Assembly (NCBI GenBank): GCA_965202585.1
Contig: OZ241834.1
Location: 34,348,001 to 34,412,000, forward strand
Length of the DNA: 64,000 nt
Direction: 5' to 3'
Origin: Thalia democratica
Lineage: Eukaryota
Shown here: positions 27,299 through 41,123 of the stretch, in pieces
Position numbering within the stretch: the first letter of the stretch is position 1
Layout: every line of letters begins with the position of its first letter
Notes under the pieces: generated by a model
The model's database searches: none
Seen by the model: only the letters and a program-made list of their open reading frames with translations
What the model was told of the DNA's origin: nothing
Translations under genes and position numbers: made by a program

Positions 27299-28782
27299 TT
27301 TTATTTTTAAAAGCTGTAAAGATATTTGTATTTATAAATTGGTGCCCGCAAAATGCTACCAAGTAAAATTAGTTTTTCTATTTTATTTGTAAGCAAAAGT
27401 GAATATAAGAAATCAACTAATATTTAAAATAAAACTGCAACCAATACACTAGTATTGCTTTTCATATAACTATTCCTATACAACTTAGTTTTGATATACC
27501 AAAAGCATTTATTTGTTAGACCTATTGTCAGTAGTATAAATTTATCTACAATAATATTAAATTAATAGTAAATTTATGTTCAACATTTTAACATAATCTT
27601 GACCTTTTAAATAAGTTTAGATGTATTTTTCATAAGAAATTATGAATTGTTAATAAGTATTGACTTTACTGGAGATTTAATTTTATACTATTGTTTTCAT
27701 AAGTAACATTTTGAGTTTAAAAACAATAAAAAAATATATTTGAATTTGTTTTGTACTAAGCTAAAAATATTTAAGTACCAGCTTATGATATGAAAACAAT
27801 AAATATGATTTAACTAAGAAAAACTAGTTACGCTAAAAAAGTAGTACATATTATTAACTTAAGAAATAAAAAAATTACGATGTAATATCTATATATATTT
27901 TTTGATGGTTGACTGTATTGTTTTCATTCAGCTATCAAATAGCTTTCAAAATGTGCTAACTAATAGAAACGGTTCTATAGTTTTTTTTTGGAGAACTAAG
28001 GTAATGCGCTTACTTATCATTTTTAATATAAATAAGCATATAAAGTATCGTGCTTGATATAGAAATTTGATAAATAAAAGTAAAGTATTCACTGACACAA
28101 AATTAAAACTAAAATAAAACTTTTATGATCAGTTTCATACTTTTGCCCGTACTGTGGCTAATTTCTTTGATGAGTTTATTGAGATAAAAAAAGTCTTCAC
28201 AGTTCAAAATACTGTTTTTCCTTTATTTTAAATTATATTTATAACTGCAGAAGCTTACTATTTTATATTCGTAAAATTGTTGTGCTAATTAGTTGATATT
28301 TTGGTAAACTACTTTATAAGTTATACAACTGTTCTTTGTTTTATGTTTTTTGCTTTAAAAAGTCTAGTTCATTTTAAAAAGCTCCAGCAAAAAGTTATTT
28401 ATTAAATAGAGATTATCAACGTCATAAGTGATCATCGCTACTTGTTTATTTACTTTTGTTTAAGAAGTTAATAATAATTGTCATCTAATACCAAAAGTTG
28501 ATTTGCTTACAATAACTGTGGTTCATTCTAACCGCAGCATTTTCTATTTAGATAACATTTTTTTATTGTGGACTAAACATTTTTTTATAGTAACATTTTG
28601 ACAAAGCATTTTAAAAGTAATTTACTTTAATCAAAGCATTAGAAAAAAAAGGTAAAAAGTTTCATAAATAGCTAGTTTGTATAGTTATTATTGTTTTAAG
28701 TTTATAGTAATAACAAAGTTAAAAATTTTATTCAAAATTTTATAAGTCCAAAGTTTTACCGGTGTATATATCAAAGCTTAAC

Positions 28783-28946
28783 AAAAAAACAGGGCTAAGA
28801 CAAGAGCTGACCACCCTGGCGGACTTACGGCTACATCGCCTATCAATTTAGACCGGTGGACCAATGGTGCCGCCGGCCAATGCATCCTGGGTTCACGTCC
28901 CGAATTAAGGCATTGCTGTCTTACAGACACGTCTGATCTCAATGGG
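28783..28946 (-). mobile_element. Truncated paralogue of the SINE-like element at 13465-13735
   Basis: Same body (CCACCCTGGCGG..CATCGCCTATCAATTTAG..GTTCACGTCCCGAATT) in the duplicated block, without the tRNA-like head. Confidence 0.6.
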
Positions 28947-30878
28947 TTACGGTAAAACGGTAAGACGCAGTATCAAACCGCTAACCTATGAATAGCTTAT
29001 TTTAAATCTTTATTGAAGGTATATAAATGTTATAAAAAGTAAAAACTATATGCTAATTTGTTTTCATTTACATTTAGGTTAAACTTTACACTTAGATAAT
29101 GTATTGTGACGCAACAACGGCGTCCTGAGGCTCGTCAGGTTCAGGGGCGGACATCAGTGCTTGCAGGAAAAGCATTACTGTCCTCAGGGTCATAATGGCA
29201 GCCCTGTAATAAGATATAATAGTTGATGTGGCTAACCAAAATTATTTTTTTTTTTATTGGCGAAAAAGTTTTTACAAAAAAATAACCTTATCTTTCCTAA
29301 ACTTTACTTAAGCAACGTATTAAGTAACAATTAAGTAACTTACAAAAAAATAAAGCATAAATTTAATATTAGTAAAAGACATTTTGATGAACAAGTGTTT
29401 AAAACTTCAGTTATCTAACTATGCTAACAACACTCATCTTTCCAGATAGTTTAAACATAATAACTCCTAAAAACTAGTTAGCTTTTACCTCATAGAATAG
29501 CTTTTTTTATATAACTTTTTAAAAATGTGTAGCTGTAATAAAGGAGTATTACAAAATTAATCAAATTTGGTAGTTCGTCAACTTTTAGTTTTTTGTCGTA
29601 ACTTACGAGTTAAGCTTAAATTTATTTAATAAACGATATACAAACTTTAAGAGCTAAATTTGTTATTAAATATAGTCTTAAAATATAAACTTTGATTTTA
29701 ATTAAACTTTTGCCCTTTAAATAAAATTTGTAGTGAGTGTATTAATTTATTCCGATATAACTCTTCAAATGTATAAGAATCGGTTAATAGAATGATAAAC
29801 AAATATGTGTAGCTTTTTATGCAAAATAAAAGCTTTCCAAGACTGATAAAATACCTTATAAGGTCTCACAAGCAAAACAATAAAATTTTTAGACAAATGT
29901 TACATAAAGTTTAATTAAGATTCTTGATAAGCAATTAACATACTAAGTTAAAATTAAGGACACTGAATTAATAATTGACGTCGAAGTTTTAATTTTATTT
30001 GTTAACTTTACCAATAAGTATAAACTTGAAGTTATATCAATTTTTGAAGTAAAATAATGATTCATAATCTTATTAGTTTATTAAGCGGTTATAAGGACAA
30101 ATAAAAGATTAAAAAAAATATTTTACTTTATTCGCTATGCTGATCAAATTTCATGCAAACTCAAATTTAACAATGATTAAAAAATATCAAATTGAAGTTA
30201 TTGAATTTGTTCCAGGTTAACATTTTCAGGTATTTTAGTTACAACATTTTTACTTACTTTTATCTAATATTGATTTTGTAATCTAAAAAAAATTAAACTT
30301 TCTGCATATTGACTCATTTCTTAGTTATATTTTATAATTATTTTAAAATAATTAATCGACAACTCATGAATGACTACCCTTGTAATACTATGTAAACTTT
30401 TCAGGTACTTATAGAAAACTCACTTAGTTAAAACAATGGTCTTCAAATTCGATACGTGTTAAAGCAAAAAATATTTTATAATAAATTTAACAACAGACAT
30501 TGATATTGCTTGTGAATAAACAGCTTAAACTAAAAATTTGTCAAACTGTTTTATAAATTTATCCTACCGTATTCATTCAAACATTTTTTAAATACTAACA
30601 GCAAATAAAGTTATATTCTCAGTTACTTTACATTTTTGACAGTTTAGTATTGTTTAATTAAGTATACTAATTTAGTATTATTTCACCGATTAAGATAAAA
30701 ATAAACACTATCTTTTTAAAAAAATGTTTAATGTATTTTCGAGTGAAAAAACAAAACATATCAGTTTAGTTCAACAAAAAATTTGAAATATAACATAGTA
30801 TCATAGCAGTAAAAACAAAATTGCATTGGTAAATATAGGTATCGCATACTGAGCATTGTAATAAGTGTGGTGATTTAT

Positions 30879-32548
30879 TCAACAACCAAGTATCATCACC
30901 AAATAAATAACAGAACTATTCTGGATGTTGTAGTCAGACAAAATCCTTCCATCTTCCTATAGTTTTCTAACAATAAACAGAACTTGCTGGTCTGCTGGGA
31001 TACCTGAATAAATATTCAAATATTGAAAGCAATATTACATTTCGGCCTTTTTTATTATTTTCACAAAATTAATTAATTTGAATAATTATTTTAATTTTTA
31101 TACTGCTTTAACATTTACATTTAGTTATTAACTGTAAATTAAACTCAAATATTTAACCTCAATTATATACTGTTATTGTATTTTATTTTCGTGTATGTAA
31201 AAAGTATAAGTACTGTTCAATTCATAATAAACATTAAAGCTATACATCCGAATTTAGTAGACATAAGTCTACTAATAGATTGAACAGCTTAAATATTTTT
31301 ACCAAGTTCTTGAATATATTATCTTAAAAGTTGTATATCTACAAGCTAAACAAACCTTCTTTTTCTTGGATCATTGCTTTGATATCTCCACCGGTATCAG
31401 AAGCTTCAATTTCCAATGGGATGGTTTTACCAGTCAATGTTTTCACAAATATTCTAATTTTTCTCTATATATAAGTTTTTAGTAAAGTTTAACATATAGT
31501 TTTAAACTTGCAGAAAAAATTTCAATGTGAATATAAAAAATAACATAAACGAGCTTTTAAAATGTTTTGTAATAATTAAAGATAATTAATGTACTGTAAA
31601 TTTTATGACGAAAAACAATATAGAAGAGCTTTGACAACTTAACACATGAACTTCTGCTTTGTTTATAATAAATTTTGTAACGAAGAAATTTAAAATAAAA
31701 CAATTTAAAAATTAAAAGTCATATCATAGTACAAAAATTTCCAATACAAATAAATTTAGTTTTTTTAAACATTATAAGCTATCTACACATTTTGCATTTT
31801 AATGTATTTAATGTTTCCTTATTAAAACAACTTGTTGTCCAAGCTATCCTTGTATTAGACATGTATTAGTGTTCTGACTATAGTCAAATATTTATTTTTT
31901 ATTTAATATTTCGAAAATATATAACTAATAATGTTTTTTTTTACTCGATGCTAAATTTTCAATGCATTAAGAATTAAGTATTTATCTGAAAAGACCAAAC
32001 AAACTTATACTACACAATTTTTTTTCAATAATTTTTAGTAACGTATTTGCCCATATTTATAATACAGAATACTAACTATAGTAATAGTTGATCCATTCTT
32101 AATTCCATAATCAAACAAAGTAGAAGGCCTTGAATTTCTTTCATCTTTCAATTCGTTTTCACCAAAAAACAAGCGTGACTGATCTACTGGGTGACCTGAG
32201 TTTTCAAATAATAACATGAATTTTGTATAAAAGTAAGAAATTAGTCTAATTTATCTTGGCGAAAAAGTTTTTACAAAAAAATAAATTTTTATAAACTTTA
32301 CTTAAGCAACGTAAAAAGTAACAATTAAGTAATTTACTTAAAAATAAACAATAAATCCTATACTAGTTAAAGACTTTTGATGTACAACTGTTTAACATTT
32401 CAGTTATATCATTTTGCCAGTTAATTTATTTAAAAGAAGTTTTACTACCTTTTTCTTTAGCTTTATTTCTAAGATCTTCAATGCTGTCGGAAGCTTCAAC
32501 TTCCAATGTGATGGTTTCACCAGAAAACGTTTTCACAAAAATTTGCAT
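30879..32548 (-). pseudogene. Di-ubiquitin-like gene, minus copy 5, premature stop in domain 2
   Basis: Exons 32548-32449, 32195-32077, 31464-31356, 31003-30879. Exon 3 starts AGA AAA ATT AGA (no Met). Same in-frame TAG (30957-30959) as copy 2. Confidence 0.8.
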
Positions 32549-32549
32549 T

Positions 32550-34700
32550 TTTATTTTGAAAAGCTGTAAAGATATTTGTATTTATAAATTGGTGTCCCAC
32601 AAAATGCTACCAAGTAAATCTAGTTTTTCTATTTTATTTGTAAGCAAAAATGAATACAAGAAATCAACTGATATTTACTTTCAAAATAAAATTAAAACCA
32701 ATATACTAGTATTACTTTTCATATAACTGTTTCTATAAAACTTAGTTTTTGAACACCCAAAAGGACTTATTTGTTAAACCTATTGTCAGTAGTATAAGTT
32801 TATCTACAATAATATTAAATTAAAAGTAAATTCATGTTTAACTTGTCTACATAGAAAAGTTTTATATGGAACAACATAATCTTGACCTTTTAAATAAGTT
32901 TATTTGTCTTTTTCATAAAAAATTATGAAATGTATGATAATCATTGACTTTACTGGAGTTTTAATTTTATACTTTTGTATTCATAAGTAACATTTTGAGT
33001 TTAAAACAAAAAAAAATGTTTAAAAATTTACTTAGTTTGAAAATATTAAAGTAACAGCTTATGATATAAAAATAATAACTTAAGAATTGTCTATGAAAAA
33101 CTAGTTACGCTAAAAAATTAGTATTATCAATTTAAGAAATAAAACATTTACTATCTAATATATTTTCATATAATTAAAGATTGTTTACTATATTGTTGCA
33201 ATTTAGCTACTGTTAGCTTTTAAAACGTGCTAACTCACAGAAATGATTCTACATTTTATTTTTGAATAGATTAGATAACTTTAATATAAATAAGCGGATA
33301 AACTATTGTGCTTGACTTGTCCTGGACAATAAGTTAAAATGTATCCATGGTGTGCAACTCAATAACCGAAAGGTTTTTTCGTGCACCAGGTCCTAGGACA
33401 AAATATTTTGAGAGTATTTTATATGGCGATTAATAAACTATATGATATAAACATAAGAAAAAAAAATTACTGACATAAATTTTAAACTGATGTCTAAAAC
33501 TTATATAAAATTTAATCATAAGTTTTATAATTTTGCTTGAACTGTGGTTTATTATGTATAAACTTAACGATATCATTGATTTTTCAACACTACAATATAC
33601 AATTTTTCGTTAAGTATAAGTTTTATTTGTAACTGCAAAAGCTTACTATTTATTATAAATTTGTTGTACTAACTAGTTGCAATTTTGATAAACTACTTTA
33701 TAAATTATACAACTTTAATTTGTTTAATCCTTCAAAATAGCAAGTACTTAATATTAAAACTTAAATACAATTAATTGTGATTAAAAACATTTGTTTTAAA
33801 TTTGTTCAGCTCCCAAAGTTTCACAAGAAACGATGTTTTTGTATAAAAAGTATTGTTATAATATGTATAGTTATAACTTGTCTTGGGCTCTAAATCAATT
33901 TATTTTTATAGATTTTATTCACAGTCTGAATGACTTGCTTGTTTAAGAAAAGTAGATAGTGTTTAAAAACTTATTCGTTATTTTAACTTTGTCCCAGATT
34001 CTTAAGAGAAAACTATACTTGAACAAAACAAGATATACAAAATACGCACCGCAATCCAACAATAAAGATTTTTTTTTGCGAACAAGTTTAAATTGTTTTA
34101 TTTTGGCTTAAAAATGTAGGTTATGCTATTTGTAAAACTAAGCGTTATTTTGCCATTATTGAAGAATAAACTAATTTACTATAGTATAAACTAATATTTT
34201 TATGTAAATTAGTTTAGTAAAACAAGTTGAGCTTTTGGAGTTCAATGTAAAAACTTCGCTTAAGTAAGCTTATTTTTAGTGTAATAGAGTTATAAAAATT
34301 TTTGTATACCCACAATTCCAAACTTTTTTTTGTTCATTCACTACCACTGTTATCCATAAGTCTTGCTCGGTAAGCGGTTCTCGGATTTTATTTAGTGGGA
34401 ATTGTGCGAATGGGAGTTGAGCGGTTCTCTAAATTCTAGTTTATACGCAGCTAAACTAAAATGCATATAGTATTGATTTTTTATTTAAATTCAAACTAAA
34501 ATTTTGCACTCTTTTCATGCTGGTTGATGTACTAATATTATATTCTTGACTGCTTATTATTGCAAGTTTACAAATAAAACGTTTTTAATTTGATTTTAAG
34601 TCCTGTTTTTCTTTACTATTTTACATTTTGGGCGTTACGTTTTCGTTATACCACTAGCAGCTTTAGAACTCGACCTTTAAACGGTCTTTGAACTACCTCT
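32550..34700. repeat. Segmental duplication block (upstream/divergent spacer)
   Basis: Colinear with ~61390-63540, including the GCGGTTCTC-containing GC patch (34370-34430 vs 63190-63246). Confidence 0.8.
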
Positions 34701-35893
34701 GAAATAGAATAAATTTTTTTCACAATTAAATTTGTACTAAATTAAGACTGCCATGTATAATCATTAAAAATTAACCATGAAACAAATGCAAATTGTTTTT
34801 AAGATCAATAGAAAAAAGTTCTTGTTAAATTCAACTTAAACCACTTAAAGACTTAACTAAAAACTATTAATTTTTACAAAATAATTATTTTTATTTGTGC
34901 AAATTAAAAAAAAACTTTAAGTCATACAAAAAATTGTACGAAATATTTAATATAGGGTGCAAAAAATTTGTAATAACTTCCCTTCATAATAACACTTAAC
35001 AACAACTAAATTGTACGAAAGTACTTTAAAACAATAATATTTAACTATTCTTTGCTATCAAACTAAATATTAGTGTCGCTATTGAAAAATATTCAAATAT
35101 TTTATCAGGCACAATATTTTATCCGTTCATTTTTTATAGAAAAGTACTAAGTAAGTGTAAACTTTGCATTATATAAAAACTGTAAACTATTTTGTGTTTT
35201 AAAGTATATAATTATTTTTTTTAGTTAGCACGTTTTAAAAGCTAACACGAACTAAATTAAAACACAAAAGCTGTAAATTTCTAATTATATCGCAACATGT
35301 TACATATTAGTTATTATGCTTTAAGTTAATAGTACTTTTTAAGCATAACTTTTTTTTCATTTTTTGAAAATTAATAATTTAATGTCATAAGCAATTCTTA
35401 AACATTTTTTAAGTACAAGTCAAGTTTAAGCAGAAGAATTTTTTGATTTCAAACTTAAAATGTTACTTTTGAATATAAAAGCATAAAGTTAAAACACCAG
35501 TAAAGTCAAGATTTTTACATATTTGATAACTTCTTAAAAATAGACACAAAAGCTTACTTGTTTAAAAAAAAGAAGATTGTTTAACTGACAAACTTTTCAG
35601 TTCATACAATAAAAATTTTTTTCCTATAATTTAAAATAGTTTAAGATAAAGTTGTACAGCAGACAAAATATTTAACAATTAAGTGCTTTTAGTATTTAAA
35701 ATAAGTTTTTTTAATAGTTACATGAAAAGTAAAAACAGCGTACTGTTTGTATTTTTAATTCGTACTTTAAAACTAAATGATTTTTTATATTTATTTAGTT
35801 TACTCATTTAGAAAAAAAAACATTTTTCCCGGAAGTATTTTTTAAAACAATATTTTATATATAGTTATCTCTACAGCTAGTCAAAATCTAAAG

Positions 35894-35993
35894 ATGCAAA
35901 TTTTTGTGAAAACATTGACTGGTAAAACCTTCACATTGGAAGTTGAAGCTTCTGACACCATTGTGGATCTTATAAATAAAGCTAAAGAAAAAG
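35894..35993 (+). pseudogene. Isolated exon 1 (UBL1 N-half) whose partner exon 2 is absent
   Basis: [34 protein letters not shown]|gtatgt, 100 nt like every other exon 1. No exon-2 homologue was found before 36367. Confidence 0.6.
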
Positions 35994-36375
35994 GTATGTT
36001 TAACTTTTCATAACACAATAACTGGTAAGATAAGTGTTGTTAGTGTTTACTAAGGCTGTTTTCCAAAAAAAGCGAGCTTTATAATTTAAAAACAGTTGCA
36101 TTTAAAACAAGTTAAATTAAATTATTCGACTAGTATAAGATTTATGCTTCATTTTTTCAGTAGACAATTTAGTTTTGACTTTTAGCTTAGCTCCAGCGAA
36201 ACTTTACTAATTTTTTCTAAATAGATGTTTGCCAAATTTGTAAAAGTATGCTTATATATTGATTAATTTATAATTTTTAATTAGTCATTTTTATTAGTTA
36301 TTATAGTTTATTTTACTTTTCAAAAAATAAGACTAAGTTTGAGTTAAATTCAAACAAATTTTCAAGGAGAATAAA

Positions 36376-36687
36376 ATGCAAATAGTTGTAAAAACAATGT
36401 ATGGTGATATCATAAAGTTAGAAGTTGAAGCTTCTGATACAGTAGAAAGTGTCAAGTACAAACTACTCGAGAAAAAAGGTAAATTTAACTTGTAAATTTG
36501 TGACGATTTTTGAAATAATCATTCGATTTGATGTATATGTTAAATATGTTTAGGTTGGCCATTGGATAGGGTACGTTTGATTTTCCAAGGTAAACAGATG
36601 GCTGAACATTGGATATTGTCGCACTACAATATACAGAATAACTCTACTGTCCATGCGAAATTTAATTGTATTTCTTATAAAGGCTAG
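36376..36687 (+). CDS. Divergent single ubiquitin-like domain (78 aa), domain-2 type
   Basis: Exons 36376-36478 and 36554-36687, with a phase-1 intron at Gly35. [78 protein letters not shown]. Acceptor AG 9 nt (or 6 nt) before the ATG. Confidence 0.65.
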
Positions 36688-37329
36688 TTAAATATTATCA
36701 AATTGTAATCGTTGATTGAATAAGATATATAAGGTTAAAATATGTATAACTTGTTATGACATAAGCCTCTTTAAACATATATTTTTAAAATTCAAGTTAA
36801 AAAATGATGAAATCTAAGTCAGTTAAAAAAAAAACTATTTAATGACATATCATTTCTAAAAAAAATGTTGTTTGTAAACAATTCTCTTCAAAATTTTAGT
36901 TTAATAATAATTAAGTAGAAACTTTTTTAGTTCATTAGATGCTAATACAAATTATTTATTGAAAACAAATTAGTATATTTCTTTTTCACTGTATAAATAG
37001 ACTGTTTATATTGTAAATTTTTTCTTAAACCCATCTATAGCCAAGTTTAAACTTTTATTAATTGTTGTTCAGGGTAGACATCACGCAAGTAATATTTGCA
37101 GAAAATCTAATCTCAAATCAAAATATAGAATGACTTGGTAAAATCACTGAATCTAAAATGAAGCTGAACTTACTGTGTTTTCTCGAGTTTGTTTGATATA
37201 AGTTATAGATCTGTGATTTTATTTTGTTTTACTTTGAACTTCAGTAATAAAATAGTTCATAAACATCTGTTTTAGTTATATAAAATAACTTCCGTAAGTA
37301 TCTATCTATACTGCTAAAGTAATAATTAT

Positions 37330-39230
37330 TGAATTATAATACTTGATTACTGTTTCCCCACTAAAAATTTGGGTGATCTTGAAAAATGTTTGTCTAAAAT
37401 AAGTAAAAGATTATAATTGCTTAGTAATTATTTAAATGCCAGAGAAGACCTATGACTTGATAATAAAAAATTGTATCATCATACTTTAAATTTAATGTTT
37501 TCTAAAATTTACTGTTGTGTAAATGTACAACATATTTCATTACAGAAGTTTTTACGAAAAATCATAATACTTAAAACCTTAATAAACAAAATGCGTACCG
37601 TTAAACGACCACTTTTGTTACCAAAGTGTTCTTTTGTCTTGTGTTCTAATTTATATGCGGCACTTTAGCTCTGAAAGGTTTTAAAACATAGCCAACCATC
37701 ATAAAATTTTTGGTATTCTTCCATAGTCAACAAAAATTTTATGAAATGTTAAAGTTCGTTTAATATTGTAGGTGAAGAGTTTTTTTCTTATATAATAAAG
37801 CATAATAGTTACATCCAAAAACAACCAAAAAATATTAAACAGATTAAAACTAAAAAGTTAAATGTTAAACAGTTCGACCACTACGATATAAAGCTTTATT
37901 ATACAATTTTAAATGATTGGTGATAATTTGTTATGGGTATACGAAACAAGTATTTATTATAGCAGAAGAAAGTTTTGACTTTAGTAATTTTTCAGACCTA
38001 TGTATGTTTGATTTCTAGTGACCATTAAAACTGGTGGCCTGTAAACTGCAAACTTTTGTTACTATAAAGGATCCGAGCTCCTGCAAAATGTTACTTGTCA
38101 ATTTGAAGTTGATCAATAAATGATACTTTTTAAAAATTTTAGAGTGTATTTTCTAGATTTTTTTTTATTGGAGTAATACAATTTTGATAACTTGTTACCT
38201 TTAAATAAGTAAACTTTTGAATAAAGGCTTAGCTAAACCCAGGGCCATAAATCAAAGTTGTAAAATTGTTGTTGCTAAAAGTTACGTAACTTTCAAAGAC
38301 TGCCAAAAAACTGAAAAGGTTCCCTTTTTGCCACCTGACTTCCTACAATGGCCCCTAAGAAGGCCCCTTGGTCCACTTTGGGAAACCCAGGCATAGACCC
38401 TAGTTCGTGGATTTAATTTAAAGTAATTAACCCGTAGCCTAAAAAAAATTGTACTTATACACAATTTTTAATTTCATTTGTTTTGAAAAACAAGTTTATA
38501 TATAAGTTTGCGCACTAAAGGAATTACTTAAATGCTTATCGATTATTACAAGACTTGTTTAGAATTATTAAATTTTATAAGTACTTTATTTTATATAAAT
38601 CAACACTTGCTAAACTTGTCTAGTACAAATCAGCTTGGTTTACCTTAAAACTTATGAAAATATCTAAATTAAAAAAATCAAAACGTTTTTTTGAACTAGA
38701 TTGAAGTTTCTTCAAATTAATAACTTAGTTCAGTTAAAAAAAAAGAAATAGATATTTTATTATTTACATTCAAATTTTAAATAACAAAAATTACACAATA
38801 TAAGTTTATTTTCACGTAAAAAAAATCAACTGATTTTTTAAAAATACGATTAAAAATATCAAAATTTAAAACCGTTAGTTTTAGCGAACATTTTGTAATA
38901 AATTCATTAATAATTAACAAAATTAGTTTTACATTTCAAATAAGTATTTTTGTTTAAACAAAAGTTTTGTACGATTTTAATGTGTATAAAAACTTTATTT
39001 TATCAGTTGAGTTAGACTGCTTACTTTCTTGAACTTATCCTAAATCGTGAAACAATTTGTTCTGTCTGTTAGTTAGTTCTTAAGTACAATTTAAATGTTT
39101 TATTATTAAAATAATTGAATTAAAGAAACCTTTTATGTACAGTTTTTGTCAAAGTGTTCTTTAAATTTAATTGATTAGAAATTAAAACAAGTTTATATGA
39201 CAGAGTTTATCCTTACGATATGTCAGACTT
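37330..39230. repeat. Segmental duplication block
   Basis: Colinear with ~48460-50270, including the reverse-orientation partial MITE. Confidence 0.75.
38236..38390 (-). mobile_element. Partial hAT MITE, reverse orientation
   Basis: One TIR (TTTGGGAAACCCAG, ends 38390) with GGCCCC-rich subterminal sequence. The other end is not recognisable and the start is approximate. Confidence 0.55.
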
Positions 39231-41123
39231 GTTTTATTATGTATGACTAAATTTTTAAAGTCTTTCGCAAGCCAGACTTTTCTAAAATAAATTCGCAGGC
39301 TGTATAATTAAGAAATAAATTTTACTATAAATATTTAAAAATTCTTAAATATTTTTTTTTATTTTTTAAGGTAGAAAAACTTAAATAAAAATATAATTTT
39401 ATACGAACTATTTATTCGAAAACTGAACTAATTGCAAAAGATTGCTTTTAATATACTGTTTTTTTTTTCTTTTGGATAACATTATTCATAAACACATAAC
39501 ATTATTAATGTTTTATTACTTTCTCCATGGTACTCAAATTTTACCCTGTTTTTAAAAGAAAATTTGTATCTTCTTATCTAACTAAAACTTTTTAATATAA
39601 CTTTGAGTTCAGTGGATCTAAGCGAAAAGCAAAAAAAAAAAACACAAAAATATTCTCATGCAGTACAATCCTAGAAGTTTTGCGAAAATAAAGAACTTTT
39701 CAGTTAGCATCTAAATGATTCATAGTCAAAGTAAATAACTTAATTTAAAAATAAAAGTTGTTCTAGAGCCAAGAGTTATTATTCTAGTGAAAAACTAATT
39801 TAAAAATTCATTATTCATTTGATAAATTTAAGTTTAGAAGATACAAAATAAATTTTAAACCAATTTACAACTTTTAGTTTAATATTTAAGAAAATAAACA
39901 TGTCTTAATAGGTTTAATAGAACGAATATCTATAGGGAGTGTTTATATTTTGTTTTCTTAAAAACATTAGTAAAATTATATCAAAATTAGCTATTTGGTA
40001 AAGAAAAATTAAACCAGGATTTTTTGAGTACGCGTTTTTGGGTTTTCTTATAAATGCTTTCTAAAGAGGAAGGCTTAAATAAAAACCAACCATGTATAAC
40101 AACATAGAATTTTATTCAACAAACTATTTGTTAGACAAGTGTCGTAAAGACACTAAAACTTTATTGTTAATTGAATTAGAAATACTTTATAAAAAGTTTG
40201 AACTAAAAGAAATATTAAAACTATAAAAAATACTGCGAACTATAATTCTTACACACTCATTAATAAAAAAATGGAGCTATTTTATTTTACATTCAAACTT
40301 TATATAGTAGAATTAAATGTAAACGCAGGTTTATATTCTAATAATTTTTTTCACGACAAAAAAAATAAAAGTATATTTAAGATCTTAAATGAAAAAGGCT
40401 GAGTCAGAAAATTTACCCGTGTTAAAGTGACCCTCCGTGCTAAAATGTCTTTGTGCAAAAATGACCCTTTGCGCACTAATGTCTTCGTGCATATTTGACC
40501 CGCTCCCGAAAACATAATGTTACTTAGAAGTTATTACTATAGTTGATAGTAGTACTCATTCAACGTAACTAATTTTTATAGTCGTTTTATAGTAAATTTT
40601 CTTATCATAACCTGGTCCTTGAAAAAGTTTTTAAATAGCAACTTAATACCAAGCAAAAAATAAATTCAAACATAATAAGTATTATTGCTTGTAAATTCAG
40701 TAACAGTTTTGTAAGTTAAAACAAAACTATAAAACTAAAGCACTAGTATCGTGAAATTTTTATGAAAAGACACAAAAAATAACTTTTTGAAAAAGAAAAG
40801 ATAGTGTTGTTCAGATAGAACAATTTTCAGTGGAAAAGGTGAAGACTAGTTGTACCTAAACGTTTAACTTAGAACAGTTAAAGTAATACTACAAATTTTA
40901 ACAAAAAAGTGATTTAGCAATCAAAAAAAAATTCAATACAAATATTTGTTGTAAAAGTAAAAATAATAATAGTGTATATACTAAAACTTAAATTCAAAAT
41001 TTAATGTTTTTTGTGTTCTTACATCAATATAATTAATTTTCATAGAAATAACTGGTTTACATGTTTGGACCTTGTAGAATACAACTTTATAAATAACTAT
41101 TTTTACAGCTTTTTAAAGAAAAA

